NCBI GenBank assembly: GCA_002104945.1
Contig: MCFH01000072.1
Span: 1-64,000 of the forward strand
DNA length: 64,000 nt
DNA from: Piromyces finnis finn
Taxonomy: Eukaryota; Fungi; Neocallimastigomycota
Reading direction: 5' to 3'
Under the pieces are notes generated by a model. That model was not told the DNA's origin. It worked only from the letters and a program-made list of their open reading frames with translations, and ran no database searches. The position numbers and the translations under genes were made by a program. Within the stretch, counting starts at the first letter, position 1. Every line of letters starts with the position of its first letter. This document shows, in pieces, positions 1 to 19,300 of this stretch.

Positions 1-1
1 C

Positions 2-442
2 TATCGACTTGAAAGTCAAATTATTGAAGAAAAATCGCATGTTACAGCGTTAGAAGAAGAACTTAAAAAACCTATTAATGTTCATCGATGGAGACAGTTA
101 GAAGGAACAGATCCACAAACCTTAGAAATGATAAAGTTGCACCATAATTTACAACAAAAATTAATAGATAAAACGAAAAGTGAAAAGAAAAAAGATGAAC
201 AAATTCGTGAATTAGAAAAAAAATATTTACAATTGAAAATGATTTTATCTAAAAAAATTGGTTCAGAAGCCTTGGAACAAATCAACGAATATCAACAAAT
301 ATTGAAGGATAAAAAGATGAACCTTAAACATATAGTCACGGTATATTTTTTTTAAATTATTAATTATTAATGATTCTATAATTATAAAGACAATTTATTT
401 ATTCTAATAATTATATATACATATTTATTTATTTCTAAATAT

Positions 443-481
<39 letters not shown>

Positions 482-634
482 TAGGAATTGGAAATGTATC
501 AAACACAGTCAAAAGAATATAAATACATAATTGATGAATTAAATGAAAGAATAAATTCAATAAAAAATGATTACATTCAATATGCTATTAATAATAAAAA
601 AAATAAACATATTCCACAAATTCCAATATCATAA
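2..634 (+). CDS. CFAP58: Cilia- and flagella-associated protein 58 (CCDC147), 3' part; exons <2-340 and 485-634
   Basis: Translation KKPINVHRWRQLEGTDP...SEALEQINEYQQILKDKKMNLK|ELEMYQTQSKEYKY matches the CFAP58 C-terminus as recalled (NVHRWRKLE.SDP...ELNMYE.QSKEYKYE); GT at 341, AG at 483-484, TAA at 632-634. Confidence 0.9.
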
Positions 635-1693
635 ATAATGAATAATTAATATTATAAATAAAAGTAAAAAATTTATTTTCTTTTTTATGTAAAGAAAGAA
701 AAAAAAGAAAGAAAATATAATAGAGTTGATTATAAATAATAACGTAATTTAAACTATTATGAATATAAATGTGTCCTTATTTATAATCTACAAAATAATG
801 TATATATATATATATTTATAATTCATATCATTTTATAATTAAGAATTAAATTAATGAATATAAATTTTAATCATTAATTTTTTATTTTTATTTATTTATT
901 TATTTATTTATTATTATTTTTTAAAGTAATAAAGTTGATTGAATACATTTAATTATATTCAAAGTTTAAACGTTAGTAGTTAAATATAAATAATTGTTGT
1001 TTGAAAGTTAATGAATTATTTAGTTAATCATGATCAAAGTAAAAATAACACATAATATAATAATTTGAATTAATATATAAATTGAAGGAGAGGGAGTTAA
1101 TAAATCATTAAAAATAAAATACTATATAAAAATGAATTAATACTAAGAAATAAATAAATAAATAAAAATAAAATAAATGATTCTATATAACTATATAGAA
1201 ATATATTTAACTATTTCTACTTATAAATTCATAGATTAATAGAAACATGTATAAAAAATATTATACCTAATAATATAATAATTAAATTCATAATATTTTT
1301 ATATAATTAATGTATTAAGGTTATATAAATCAAATAAAAATAAAAAGATACAGACGATACCAACTTTTATTATGAGTTGACAATTGTAAATTGTAAATAA
1401 TTTTTAATTATAAAAAGTTTAAATTATAATATTAAAATATCTCCATTTATAATTAATGGGATAATTATTCATTATTCTGTAAAGAGTGATAATGAAAGAA
1501 ATAATAATCTAAAAATTATATTTTATATTTATTTTTTTTCTTGTTTAACTTTTTTTTTAAATAAAAAATGAAAATGATTGTAAAATAAATGTAAAAATAA
1601 ATAATATATAGATATAGAGATAAATTATTATCTTAAAGTATAGAGTATATTTCATTTATATATTAAAAGAAAAAATAAAAAAAAAATAAAACA

Positions 1694-6368
<4,675 letters not shown>

Positions 6369-7709
6369 TGAAAATTAAATAAAAGCAATAAATATATACT
6401 AATACTAATAATTATAATTATAATATATTTAAGATTGTTGTGATATTAAATCCTCTAATATAAAGCAAAATACAACCATTAATTGTAATATGAGTACTTC
6501 AATTATAACAACAACATCATAAAAAATATTTATTCTAAAAATGTAAATACATTGAAGGCCGATATCCTGATATGAATATGGAATGAGTATTTTAGAGATA
6601 AAAAAAAAAAAAAGTCAAATAGTAGTTATAATAAATAAATTTTCATTTAAAATCACTTCAAATCCAGTAAATCAAAATTAATTATTATAATTTTTTTAAA
6701 ATAGTTGTATTCAAATTCAAACACTTTTTAATAATATTATATATAAATAATAGGAATACTTTTAGAGTAAATTTAAAGTTAATATTTTTTCTTTATATAA
6801 AAAACTATAACAAATATATTATATAAAAACATTTATCTTTAGTTAGTAAAAGTAAAATAAAAAAGAACATTATTTTCAATTTGGGTTAATATTATTTTAT
6901 TATCATAATTACAATTTTTTTTTTTTTTTATTTTGAATTGAAATTAATAATTATATAAAAATTGAGAAAAGGACTATAAAGTTTTATACATTTATTGTTT
7001 TATATTAAATATTATTAAATAATATATTATAAAATATATATTCAAAGGATGCATTTTATTTTATTTTATTTTTTTTTTAAAAAGAGAAACTGTTTAAAAT
7101 TATGATATTTGGTTTAATTTGGTTAAAAGTATTTAAAATACTTTATGTCAAAAAGCGAATAGAACTAATATAAAATAAAATATTTCTAAATTATTAATAT
7201 ATATACATATATTATATAAAATATACTTTAAAAAACTTGAATGGATTTCTGAAAGCTTAAATATAATTAATTATAAAAGTGTTATAAATTTCCTGAAAAC
7301 CTTTATTCATAACATTTTAAAAAATTTCCTATTTATTTTAACTTTTATGATTTTTTTTTAAAATATATATATAGTATTAATTATTTTAATTATATCCATT
7401 AATCTTATAAAATATAAATTTTAATTATTATAATTTTTATATTAATTTATGAATTAGTATTACAATTTTAATTTTATGGTTTTTGAATATCTCGAGGAAA
7501 TAAAAAAAAAATACTTTTTTTTTTAAAAGAATCTGGTTTTTTTCAATATTATTGTAGTGTATAGTCAATACTATTTATATTATAAATGAATTAAAAAAAA
7601 TTGTAAATAATAAATAATACTGAAAAAAAAAAGTAGAATAAAATTTAAAGAATAATAACGAAATAAAATAAAATATAAAATAAAATAATATAAATTATAA
7701 AAAAATAAA

Positions 7710-10700
7710 ATGCAAGTAGATCGGGCTAGAATTAAGAATATTAAAGAGGAAAATTTATTAAAGAACAATAAATTACAAAATGGAACAAATAAAAATAATT
7801 CATTAATTACTCAGACATATTCACAAAGATCAGTTATGAATGTATTTGAAAAGTATCAACATGATCGTTTAACATTTGTTCAAGCTGTCGCTGATCTTGC
7901 TTCTAGAGAAACTAATATTCAAGCTTTACAATCAGTTGATGTTATTACACTCCTTAAACCTTTATTATTAGATTCAGTTCCCGGTGTACAACAAGCTGCT
8001 GCATTAGCTCTTGGTAGATTAGCTAATTTCAGCAGAGATATGGCTTATATGATGGTCAATAATGATATATTACCACAACTTATATATTCATTAAGTGAAA
8101 AAAATGTAATCTATCATAAAAATATATCACAAATATATATAATTCAAATAGAGTGTTTTTTATTCAAAGATTAAAATAGTTTTTTAATTAAACTTTTATT
8201 TTTTTTTTGTTTTATTAAAAATAATTAATTAAAAAATGTTTCAATGATAATAAATATGTATTTTTTTTTAATATTAATATTTCACATAATAATAATATTA
8301 ATATTATTAATATTATTTTTTAAAAAAAATAGCATTTTTATAAAAAGGCTAGTTGTTTCTTATTAAGAGCAATTTCAAAACATAATCCGGAACTTGCAAC
8401 TGCTGTAACTAATTCTGGTGCTGTTAATGCTTTAGTTGCATGCCTTGAAGATTTCGATCCAGGTGTTAAAGAAGCAGCTGCTTGGGCTATTGGATATATT
8501 GCTAGACATAATGAAGGTAATAAAATTTTATTTATACTATTTTTTTTTTATTTTTATTTTTTAAGAATAAAAATACTATAATTATATCATTCTATATTAA
8601 ATATTAAAATATGTTTTATTTCTTTATAACCATTTTTTTTAAAAAGAACTTGCTCAAGTAGTTGTAGATGCAGGTTCCATACCATTATTAGTATTATGTG
8701 TTCAAGAACCAGAAATCTCATTAAAGAGAATTGCAATTTCAGCATTAGCTGATATAGCTAAACATTCACCTGAGGTAAAAATTTATTATATTATTAAAGC
8801 TTTATTAAAAAAATTTTTTATATATAATTTAAAGATTCATAAAACCAAATTTTAAATAATATTATATATTGAAAATTTATTGTTTTTTTTTTTTTGAACA
8901 ATAAAATATAATAATAATGGTAATAATAATTATAAAAAAAATGAATTATTCAATAAAAATATTATAAAGATGGCACAAGTTGTTGTTGATGCAGATACCA
9001 TTCATTTCATTACAATGTATATAACTCAATTAGATAATAAACTTCAACGTCAAATTTGTTCATGTTTAGCTCATATTGCAAAACATAATATTGATCTTGC
9101 TGAATCAGTGGTTGATATGGATATTTTACCAAATATATTTATTTGTATGAAGAGTCCAGATCCATTCGTTAGAAAGAATGCTGCTTCATTAATTTGTGAA
9201 TTAACTAAACATTCTCCTGATGTAAATATATATATATATATAAATATATAAATATAAAGATTATTAGTTTTTATTTTCAAAATTTTTAGGTATTATCTAT
9301 CTATGCAAAATAAAAATACGAAATATTAATTTCATTATTATTATTATTATTATTATTATTGTTTTCAATATTCTTCTTTCTTTTTTTCTTTTATTTATTG
9401 AATTTTATTATTTAAATAGTTGGCTCAATTAATTGTCAATTCTGGAGGTATTGTACCAACTGTTGAATATTTAAAGAAATCATCAGGAAATTCAAGAATG
9501 CCAGCACTTATGGCTTTAGGTTATATTTCAGCATTTTCAGAAACTTTGGCTATGTCTGTTATTTTAGCAAAGGCAGTACCCGTTTTAGCTGTTGTATTAG
9601 AAGAAGAAGTTGAAGAACATTTATTAGTAAGTTAAAAAAAATTTTTTTTTTTTCTATTCATATGATATAATATAATAATATATAATAGGTTATTCTCTCT
9701 CTCTCTTTTTTATATAATTTCTAATAATAATATTTTTTCTTTTTTTTTTTTTTAAATTAAAAATAAAAAAAAATAATAATAAAAAATAATAGGCTGCATG
9801 CTCATGGTCTATTGGTCAAATTGGTCGTCACAGTCCAGACCATGCTAAGATTGTTGCTGATAATGGTATTCTAGTCAAATTATTGTATATTATTAAAGCT
9901 ACCATACATGAAAATACAAATTCCGATCTTTTCGTTAAAGTAAATTATTCCAAATTATTTTAATATAATTAAATTTATATTACATAGTATAGTATAATGA
10001 GTTAAATTCTTTATTATTCATCGACTAATAAAATCAAATATAATATATATAAACTGTATTATAAAATTAAATATTATTTTATTTTTTGATTAAATAGACA
10101 AAGCGTGCCATGAAAGCTGTTATACTAAAGATATTAAATATTGAATTATTAGATCCATTATTAGAAGTTGAAACTCCATATTGTATATTAAAACATCTTG
10201 TAGCCCAATATGCTAAATTATTACCATATGATATTGTTTCTAGAAGAGCCTTTGTAATAAGTTCTGGATTAGCAAAGATTCAACAAATTGCTATGAAATA
10301 TACTCCACAATTAATTTCAAATGATCTTGTTAATGGTAATAAATCAAAATTAAATGATGAAAGTCATTTAATGGATGATGCCGTATCTACAAATAATTCT
10401 AAATTAGCTGAAGCCATAAGAACCATTAATTCATGTTATCCAGAAGAAATTGTTCATTACTACTCTCCAGGTTATTCTTCCTTCTTATTAGAAAAAATTA
10501 ATAATTATAATACAAATAATAATGATAATAATAACACCAACACCATCAATAATAATAATACCGATAATAATGATATTAAGGCTGATACAACAGAGAATAT
10601 AAATGAATTACCAACTGATAATGAAGATTCTGGTGGTATGCAAACTATGCAAACAGATGAAACTAATTTAAATACTAATGAAAATATTTCATCACAAGAA

Positions 10701-10751
10701 GAAATAATTAATAAAAGTGAAGAAAATATAAATAATGATGAAGCCTATTAA
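7710..10751 (+). CDS. SPAG6: Sperm-associated antigen 6 / PF16, armadillo-repeat central-pair protein; exons 7710-8105, 8333-8517, 8647-8773, 8970-9221, 9420-9626, 9793-9939, 10098-10751
   Basis: SQRSVMNVFEKYQ...QQAAALALGRLAN, LEDFDPGVKEAAAWAIGYIARHN, QEPEISLKRIA, INSCYPEEIVHYYSPGYS closely match SPAG6/PF16 as recalled; all seven exons join in frame at GT-AG. Confidence 0.96.
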
Positions 10752-12171
10752 TAATAATATTTAATAGGTTAGAAAAAGAAAAAAAAGAAAAACAAATACA
10801 ATTATTATTTATTAATAATATTTTTTTTTTTTTTTTTTTTAAAATATCAATTATATATTATACACTTTACAAATTTCATACAATCTCAATAATAATATAT
10901 CATAAATTAAATAATACAAATATAAAATATATAATAACATTACTATTTTCAAATTAAAATAAATTTATTTAGAATTATTAATAGTTTTATATAGTCTTTT
11001 TCATTTTTTAAAAGAACAATTTTTTTTTTTTTAATTTTTAAATTTTTAGAGTTATTTATTATTATCATTATTTTTTTTTTTTTTTTTAATTTCTGACTTT
11101 TTTTCATTGTAAATAAAAAGTCAAAAATTATTTTTTTATATTTTATATTTAAATAAATAAATATATATAAAATTAATAATAGCAATAATAATAATAATAT
11201 TTAATAATATTTAATAATAATAGTATAATTAGAGGTGGGAGAGAAAGTTTTTTTTTCTTTAAACTTTAAATTTTTTTCTTCTTAAAAAAAGTTAAGTTTT
11301 GGACACATTTTTTTTTTTTTTTTTTTACCACAGAGTTAAATTTATAATATTTAAAAGATTATTTTTTAAAAAAAAAAAAAAAAAACAAAAAACAAAAAAA
11401 AAAAAAAAAGAAAACATTTTAAACTTTGAAATAAATCATTTTTAAACTATAGAAGAATGTTACACTTTTTTTTTATTATTAAATTTAATGTCAATGAAAC
11501 CTATTCAAAATATATTTGTACTTTTTTTTTTTTTCAACAAATTTTAAAGATTTAAAAATTAAAAGTATTCATATTTTAGCTTTTAAAGAATTATAGAAAT
11601 AATATTAATATTAATATACATTTCTAAATACTTGATAATTAATAAAATTGTTTTTAGATTTTAAGCTATTATCTATTACATCATTGAATACTATTAAACT
11701 ATAATCTATTATCTATTATATTTTAAAATATACTAAACTTTAATAAACTACACATTTTTTTTTCTGTATCTTTTGGTTTTATTTCTATTATGTTATTATT
11801 ATTTATTTTTTTTTTAATTATTTTAAAAGTTTAATAATATAATTAAAGAAAGAAGATATTACCTATATAATAAATATTTATTAATTGTAATTATATTATT
11901 TTTAACAATTAGTTTAAAAACAATATTAAACTTGTGTATTATATATATATAATATTAAAAAAAAGTATATATAGAGCAAATTTTTTTTTTTTTTTTTTTT
12001 TTTTATTAGTTTTATTTCTAATACTAATATATATATATAATATATAATATATAAAACATTTTTAACTTTTTATTTTTATTATTTAAACAATTCAAAAATC
12101 CATTTTAAACTATCAGTTGTAATTGATTAAATTCATTCATTCATTTTTTTTTGAGAACAAAAACAAACATC

Positions 12172-12712
12172 ATGAATAAAGTTACATTTACTATTTTATT
12201 AATTTCTCTTCTTTTTTGTTTAACTACCAATGCAAACGGTATTATAATATTTTATCTATTAATTATATGTATTAAATTCTAACTCATTATAAATTATATA
12301 TATGTATTATTATTATTTTTTTTCTTATATTTTTATGTAATATAAAAAAGAATGTGATTGTTCTCTCATTCCTGGTGATGATGATGATTCCGTTTTTTAT
12401 TCCAATGAAAAAAGAATGAATTTTGAAAAAAGAAGTTTAATGAATGAATCTAATACTGTTGCTAATTCTAGTGGTAGTGATTCTGATGATGGATGCTACA
12501 CTAATACTAAGGACTATACCACTACTGTTTATGTTACATCAACTACTCAAATTGAAACCTTTACTTCTACTGAATTTCCAACTGTAACCACTACTATTAC
12601 TTACAGACCAACAAATGATATTTCAAGTGGATTTTCTTATATCCATAATGTTAATAAATTAACTGTTTTTATTTTATCTTTAGTATTAATGCTTTATGTT
12701 TTAGAAAAATAA
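12172..12712 (+). CDS. Small secreted, Thr-rich, probably GPI-anchored protein (about 142 aa); exons 12172-12238 and 12351-12712
   Basis: Signal peptide MNKVTFTILLISLLFCLTTNA; in-frame phase-1 intron; Thr-rich stalk; C-terminal SSG followed by a hydrophobic tail LTVFILSLVLMLYVL. Confidence 0.75.
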
Positions 12713-13393
12713 GATAAATTCTATCTTATAGAATTTTTTTAATAAAATTTTCGTATCTTATTTTTAGTGTTAGTTCTTCTTTTTTTTCTTTTTTTTTTAA
12801 CTTTCTCTTTTAAAATTATATAATATAAAAAAAAAAAAAAAACTTTGTAAATTTTATTTTGTATATAATTAAATTTTTGTGAAACCTTTTTTTTTTTTTT
12901 TTTTTTTATGTAATTAAAATAAATAAAAAATAAGATTGAAAAGTTTATTAAAAAAAAAAAAATTTTTTTTTTATAATTTTTTATTAATAGATTTTATGTG
13001 GATTTTTTAAATACAAACAAAATTTAGAATTTTTTTTTTTATATAAACATGTTCTTCTTCACTTTGAAAAAACGAAAATGTAATAGTATTATTTATAAAA
13101 CTATTATAATATATATAATATATATATTTTCTTTTGTTATGATTATTACTATTTTTATCTTTTTTTTTTTTTTTTTAATTTTGTAAAATAAAAGATATAG
13201 ATGGAATAATAAAAAATGACTACTTTTTTTTTTTTTAATTTTTTTAGAAAAAAAAAATACATTTATTATTATTTTCTTTTTTATATATTTTTTAAGAGAT
13301 ATACGTATATTTAAAAATTAGATTAAATTATAATGTAAATAAATATATTTACATATTATGTTGCATATATAATTATGTTTTTAATTTTTTATC

Positions 13394-16300
13394 TTATTTT
13401 GATTTAGTTTCTTCCATTTTATTTAACCAATGAACAGAATCTTCTAATAAGTCATTCCAAATCATTTCGGTCACTTGGTTTTGAATTTGAATATTTCTAT
13501 CGTCATAGTCAACAAATAGATTTTCTTCTTCTTTCAATTGTACTTCCAATACTGGCTGAGGTTCAAAGTTAAACTTTTCACGATCATTCGTCCATTTATT
13601 TAATAAATCTAAGACCTTTATTTTAATATCTTTTGTACTGAGAGCTCTTGGTGGAAGAGCTTGCTTGGTTCTTAACCAATTATTGGAATTATTGGCATAT
13701 TCAGCTTTCTTAAATATGTCAGTAATGGCTTCATTTACCATATCAAAAACAATTCTAATTCTCATTCTTTCATCAAAATCTAATGGGTATTCATCAAACA
13801 TACAGAGTGTTGAAGCGGAAATAAATGGTGGTTCTATGTATTCAGCTTCGGGTATCTTTTCTAAAAATGATGCTGCTATTCTATTAACAGTTTCATTGTT
13901 AATTCTTTCAAAGACTTTCGATGAAAAACTATTTTGGGATTTGATATTGTTTGATTGTAATAGTCTATTTTCTATACTATCATTGTCAAGTTTTTCCTTT
14001 AATTTTACATCCTTTAAAATTTCTTCAATTAATCCTTCCATCATACTATCTGTGATATCATTAACAGCAATATCTGTTTCAATATCATTTTCAGTCGTTT
14101 CGTCTACCGGTTGGGCAATTAATTCTTCATTTAATAGTATCTGTTGGTTATTCTTTAATTCTGTAATTTCATTAACAACTATAAATATTTAAAAAAAAAA
14201 TATTAGTATCATAAAATTATATAAAAAATTAGTATTTTACAATTAAAAATAAGACTTGTATATAATGAAATGGTTTATAATTAAAAATAAATTTAATGGA
14301 AACAAAACAAAATTAAAGTATATTTTTAGAAATACATACCATTCATAGTATCTGTTAATAAATCATTAAATATTTGCTGAGTAACATTACTGATAATTTC
14401 TTGTTTTTCATTTTCATTTTCCTTTTCTACTTGAATTTCCTTAGTATTTGTCCAGTCTTTTTTGATAATATCAGAAGCTTCTTGTAAAATGGCTAAAGCA
14501 TCTTCTATATCATTATTATCATTGATATCTATAATAGAAACAGATTCCTTTTCTTCACTGGTATTAATTTCTTCTTCTATTTCTTCTTCTAAAATACTAT
14601 TTTCTTTTTCACTTAATTCTGTTGGTTTTTCTTGTGAAATTTCTTTTATGATTGATTCTTGACCAATTTCTTTATTCTTTACTAAAGACTCCTTACTTTC
14701 CTCAGAATCAACTTCTTCATTCTTTACTAAAGATTCTTTACTTAATTCAGAATCAATTTCTTCATTCTTTACTAAAGACTCCTTACTTTCCTCAGAATCA
14801 ACTTCTTCATTCTTTATTGAAGATTCTTTACTTACCTCAGAATCAACTTCTTCATTCTTTATTGAAGATTCTTCACTTATTTCAGAAATAATTTTTTCTG
14901 ATGAGTTTTCAATTCTTTCAGAAATACTCTTTGATACTTCTTCATCAATAACCTCTTCTTCTTCCACTTTTTCTGTTAAAGACTTTATAGATATATCTTC
15001 TTCCTCTTTTTCTGTTAAAGATTTCATAGAAATATCTTCTTTTTCTGTTGATGATTTAATTGACATATTTTCTTCTTCTTTTTCTGTTGAGGTCTTGATA
15101 GACATTTCTTCATTTTCAAAACTTTCTTCTTCAATTTCTTCATCAATTTCTTCAGAAACGCTTTCTTCTTTTTCATTTTCTGCAGAAGATGATAAAATTG
15201 TTGATTTCATTTGATCTTCATCAATAAAGGTGTCATCGGCATATTTATTTTCGACATCTTCTTCCTTTATTTCATTTGATACGACGGATGCCGATGATCC
15301 TTCTTTCATACTATTAATTATTTCTGGTTCTTTGATAGAACTCTTTTCTTCAACAACAGAAGATTCGATTGTTTTCATAATTTCTTCTTCAATATTTTCT
15401 TCTACTTCTTCTTCAATTTCTTCTGATATACTTTCAATGTTTGTTGATTTCTCATATTCTTTTTCATTTTCATTTAATATGGAGGATGGTTTCTCACTTA
15501 AAGTTTGATCCTTTTCAATTTGACTTTGTTGAATTTGAGATGATAATTTAGAAGTTTCTAATTCAACAAAATCATCAGAATAGTATTGCATATCTTCTTC
15601 CTTTAAAGATGGTTGAACCTCCGATATGGATGACTTAGTATTTTCAACCATATTGGTATCTACCATTTCAATATCAGATTGAATTTCATCTTCCATTTTT
15701 GAATTTTGTTTTTCAGTAATAGATGATTTAGTTTCAGAATGACTAGATTCAGAGATATCCTGAATATCTTTCATTTGAATTTCTGATGGAAACGATTCTT
15801 CTATATTTTCTTCTACTGATACTTCTGATGGTATTGAATATTTTTGTTCAGAAATCTCTTTAATACTTTCTTTCTTTTCTACTATTTGAAATTCAGATTG
15901 AATTGATTCATCTAATTCTGATTTATTTTCTTTTTTTATCTCAGCTTCCTCGTTTGGTGAAATATTTTCATCCTTTATACTTTCTTCAATTTCAGATGGA
16001 ATGGCTTCTTCAATCTCTTCTCCTTCTTCTACAATAACTGAATCCCCTTCTTTTATACTTTCATCATTTACATTTTCTTCTTTTCTACTTTCTTCCTTTA
16101 TACTTTCTTCAATTTCAGATGGAATGGCTTCTTCAATCTCTTCTTCTACAACCATAGAATCTTTTTCTTCTTCCTTTAAACTTTCATCTTGCTTTCTTTT
16201 ATTTTCTTCCATTTCTGATGGTATTGATTCTTCCATGCTTTTTTCTATTATAATGGAATCTTTCTTACTTTCTTCTTTTATACTTTCTTCAATTTCAGAT

Positions 16301-19300
16301 GGAATGGCTTCTTCAATTTCTTCTTCTACAACCATAGAATCTTTTTCTTCTTCCTTTAAACTTTCATCTTGCTTTCTTTTATTTTCTTCCATTTCTGATG
16401 GTATTGATTCTTCCATGCTTTTTTCTATTATAATGGAATCTTTCTTACTTTCTTCTTTTATACTTTCTTCAATTTCAGATGAAATGACTTTTTCAATCTT
16501 TTCTTCTACAATCATAGAATCTTTTTCTTCTTCCTTTAAACTTTCATCTTGTAAACTTTTATTTTCTTCTATATTTTTTTCTACTATAAATGAATCTTTT
16601 TCTTTCTCACTTTCATCCTTTATACTTTCTTCTTTCCGACTTTCTTCCATTTCAGATGGGATGTCTTCTTCTATGTCTTCTTCTACAACAAATGAATTCC
16701 TTCCTTCTTCTATTTGAATCAAGGATTGTGAATCTTTCTCTATTTTTTCCATTGGAATTTCAGATGCCATTGACTTTTTACTTTCCTCGGTAATATTCAT
16801 TGAATGATCTTCTTGAAGATCCTCTTTTTTATAAGAAGAAAAGGAGGAGGAATACTCTTTTTCACTCTTTTTTGGAGTTAATAAAGAAGCACTATTACGT
16901 TCACTTTCAAAAGAATCAGAATAATTATATTGCAAAGCGAAATTCAAAATACTGTCTGTTTTTTGGCTGCTAGAGTAATGGTATTTTCCAGTCATTTTTG
17001 AATAGGATTCTGACACCGATTGATCTTGTTCTTCCTGAAGAATAGAAACGTCTGGAGAAGAAACAACAGATCCTCCTTTCATAATATCATTTAATTCATC
17101 CTCTGTCTTTTTAACGATTGAATTAATACGATCTAATTGCTTTCTAAAATGCATTTCTTTTTCTAATAATTTTTGATGTATTAATTGACGTTGTTTTTTC
17201 TTTTCTAAAAAGAGTTGTTTAGCCACATTCTTTTGCTTATCAATTTGTATTTTTAACAAATGAATACGTTCCTTTAATTTATTTTCCTCTTCATCTAAAT
17301 CTTCTTCATTACTTATTAAAGAACTGGAAATACTGAAAGACTTCAAGTCATTTTCTAATATTTCAGAATACGTACTTCTTTTGCTTTCTTGTTTTGATTT
17401 GGTGGAATTTTCTCTTGGTGGATTTATTTTAATTCTTGAATGACTCATGGAATTATTTATTATTGATTCGGCGGTAACATCGCTTTCAAATGAATTACTA
17501 TTATAGTAATTTATTGCAGATGGGTTAGAATCAATTGATTCTTTTATGCTTTCGGCTAAAGATTTGGTATTTGAATGGGTATTCTTTTCACTAACAATTT
17601 CTTCCATAATACTATCGGATTTTATTGTAGGAGCTGATGATTGTTCAATCCTTTCCTCAATGTCTTCCTTCTCCTCCTTATACTTATCAAATGAAGAAGA
17701 TGATTGATGATTATCATAGTTTTCTTCAATGATTTCTTCATCCTCTGCTTCATCATCTTCCATATAATCGTCCATAGAGCTATTTTTATTTTTATCCAAG
17801 TTTTCTTCAATTTCCATTTCACTTGTCATTTCCTCTGGTTCTGCTTTTAATGGTATATTGGACAATGGACTATTAACATAGTGATTCTTTCTTTTACTTT
17901 CTTCCTTGGCACGATAGTGACTATCTAAATAGTCGTTTTCGTTGCTTAGGGTGTAGGAAGAAGAGGCGCTAGAAACGGTTGGGGATTTTGCTTGCATATT
18001 TAAAGCTTTGTTAAGAATATCTTTAATTTCTTTTTCTTCCTTTTTCAATTTTTCTTCCCATTTAATGGCTTTTTGACGTTTCTTTAATAAGTTTTCGGCA
18101 ATTTCTTTTGAAAGTGATAATCTATATTCTTTCTTTTCAAGATGATCGTCTAAAAGTTTGGATTTTAATTGTTCAATTTTTTCATTGATGCTCATTAAAG
18201 AGGAAGAGGAGGTAAAGTCATGATTATCATGGGTTTCTTTAGGATCATCTTTTTGTTCTTGGTAGCTTTCAAAAGAATCCATACTTTGATAGTATTGATT
18301 TATTGAATGTTGGCTTGGGGATGGACTTCTACTTTTTGGGTATTTTTCTTTTTCAAGATAACGACTAATTCGACGTAAATCTTCTTCTGATTTTATACTT
18401 TTTGGTGAACTGTATCTTGGACTAATAACCATATTAGAGTTGGATGAATCTTGATTTTTAATACTTAAATTAATTTCTTCTTCGATAATAGATTCCTCTG
18501 TAACCTCTTTATTTTGGCTATTAGAATAAGTGACTGGTATATCCTCTGAGATAGCATCTATGGATGATTTACTTTTACTATGACTGACATCTTCTGGTAT
18601 TTCTTCTTGAATACTTAATTCATGGGATATTGATTTATCACTGGATTTTGATGGCAAAGATTCTTTTATTGTTGATGTGCTATTTTCTTGTATTGGTATT
18701 TCTTCTTCAATGTCTGAATCTTTTGCTGATGAATAGGATGAAAAGTTATTTCTACGGAATTTTGAAATAGATTCTTTCATTTGAAGTGAGCTACTACTAT
18801 TTGAATCATCAAGATTGCTAATTAATTGGCTATCTTTTTCTATGGTTTGATCATGATGATTTAACAAGGATGGAATAGTCATGCTTTCCGATGAATAGTG
18901 TATTGATTTATCCTTGTCGGTCAAGTCTTCAAAGGAATCTTCGTAGAGATCAGTGGATATTGATTGATGTTTTGTATTATTTCTTTGTTCTTTGACTAAT
19001 GTACTTTTTTCATAGGTTTCTGGTAAGGCCTGTACACCAATAGTTCTTAATTGATCCTCTGGTACGGCTTGAATACCAATACATCTTAATTGATCTTCTG
19101 GTATGGCTTGAACACCAATACATCTTAATTGTTCTTCTGGTATGGCTTGAACACCAATGGTTCTTAAATGTTCTTCTCTAAACTTATTTGCATTTTCAAT
19201 ATCCATTTCATGTTTTCTTTGTTTTAAAATCAAAGCTTGTAATACATTAGACATTTCTTGTTCGGTGCGAACCGTATTTCTTTCATTCTTCATTTTTTCT

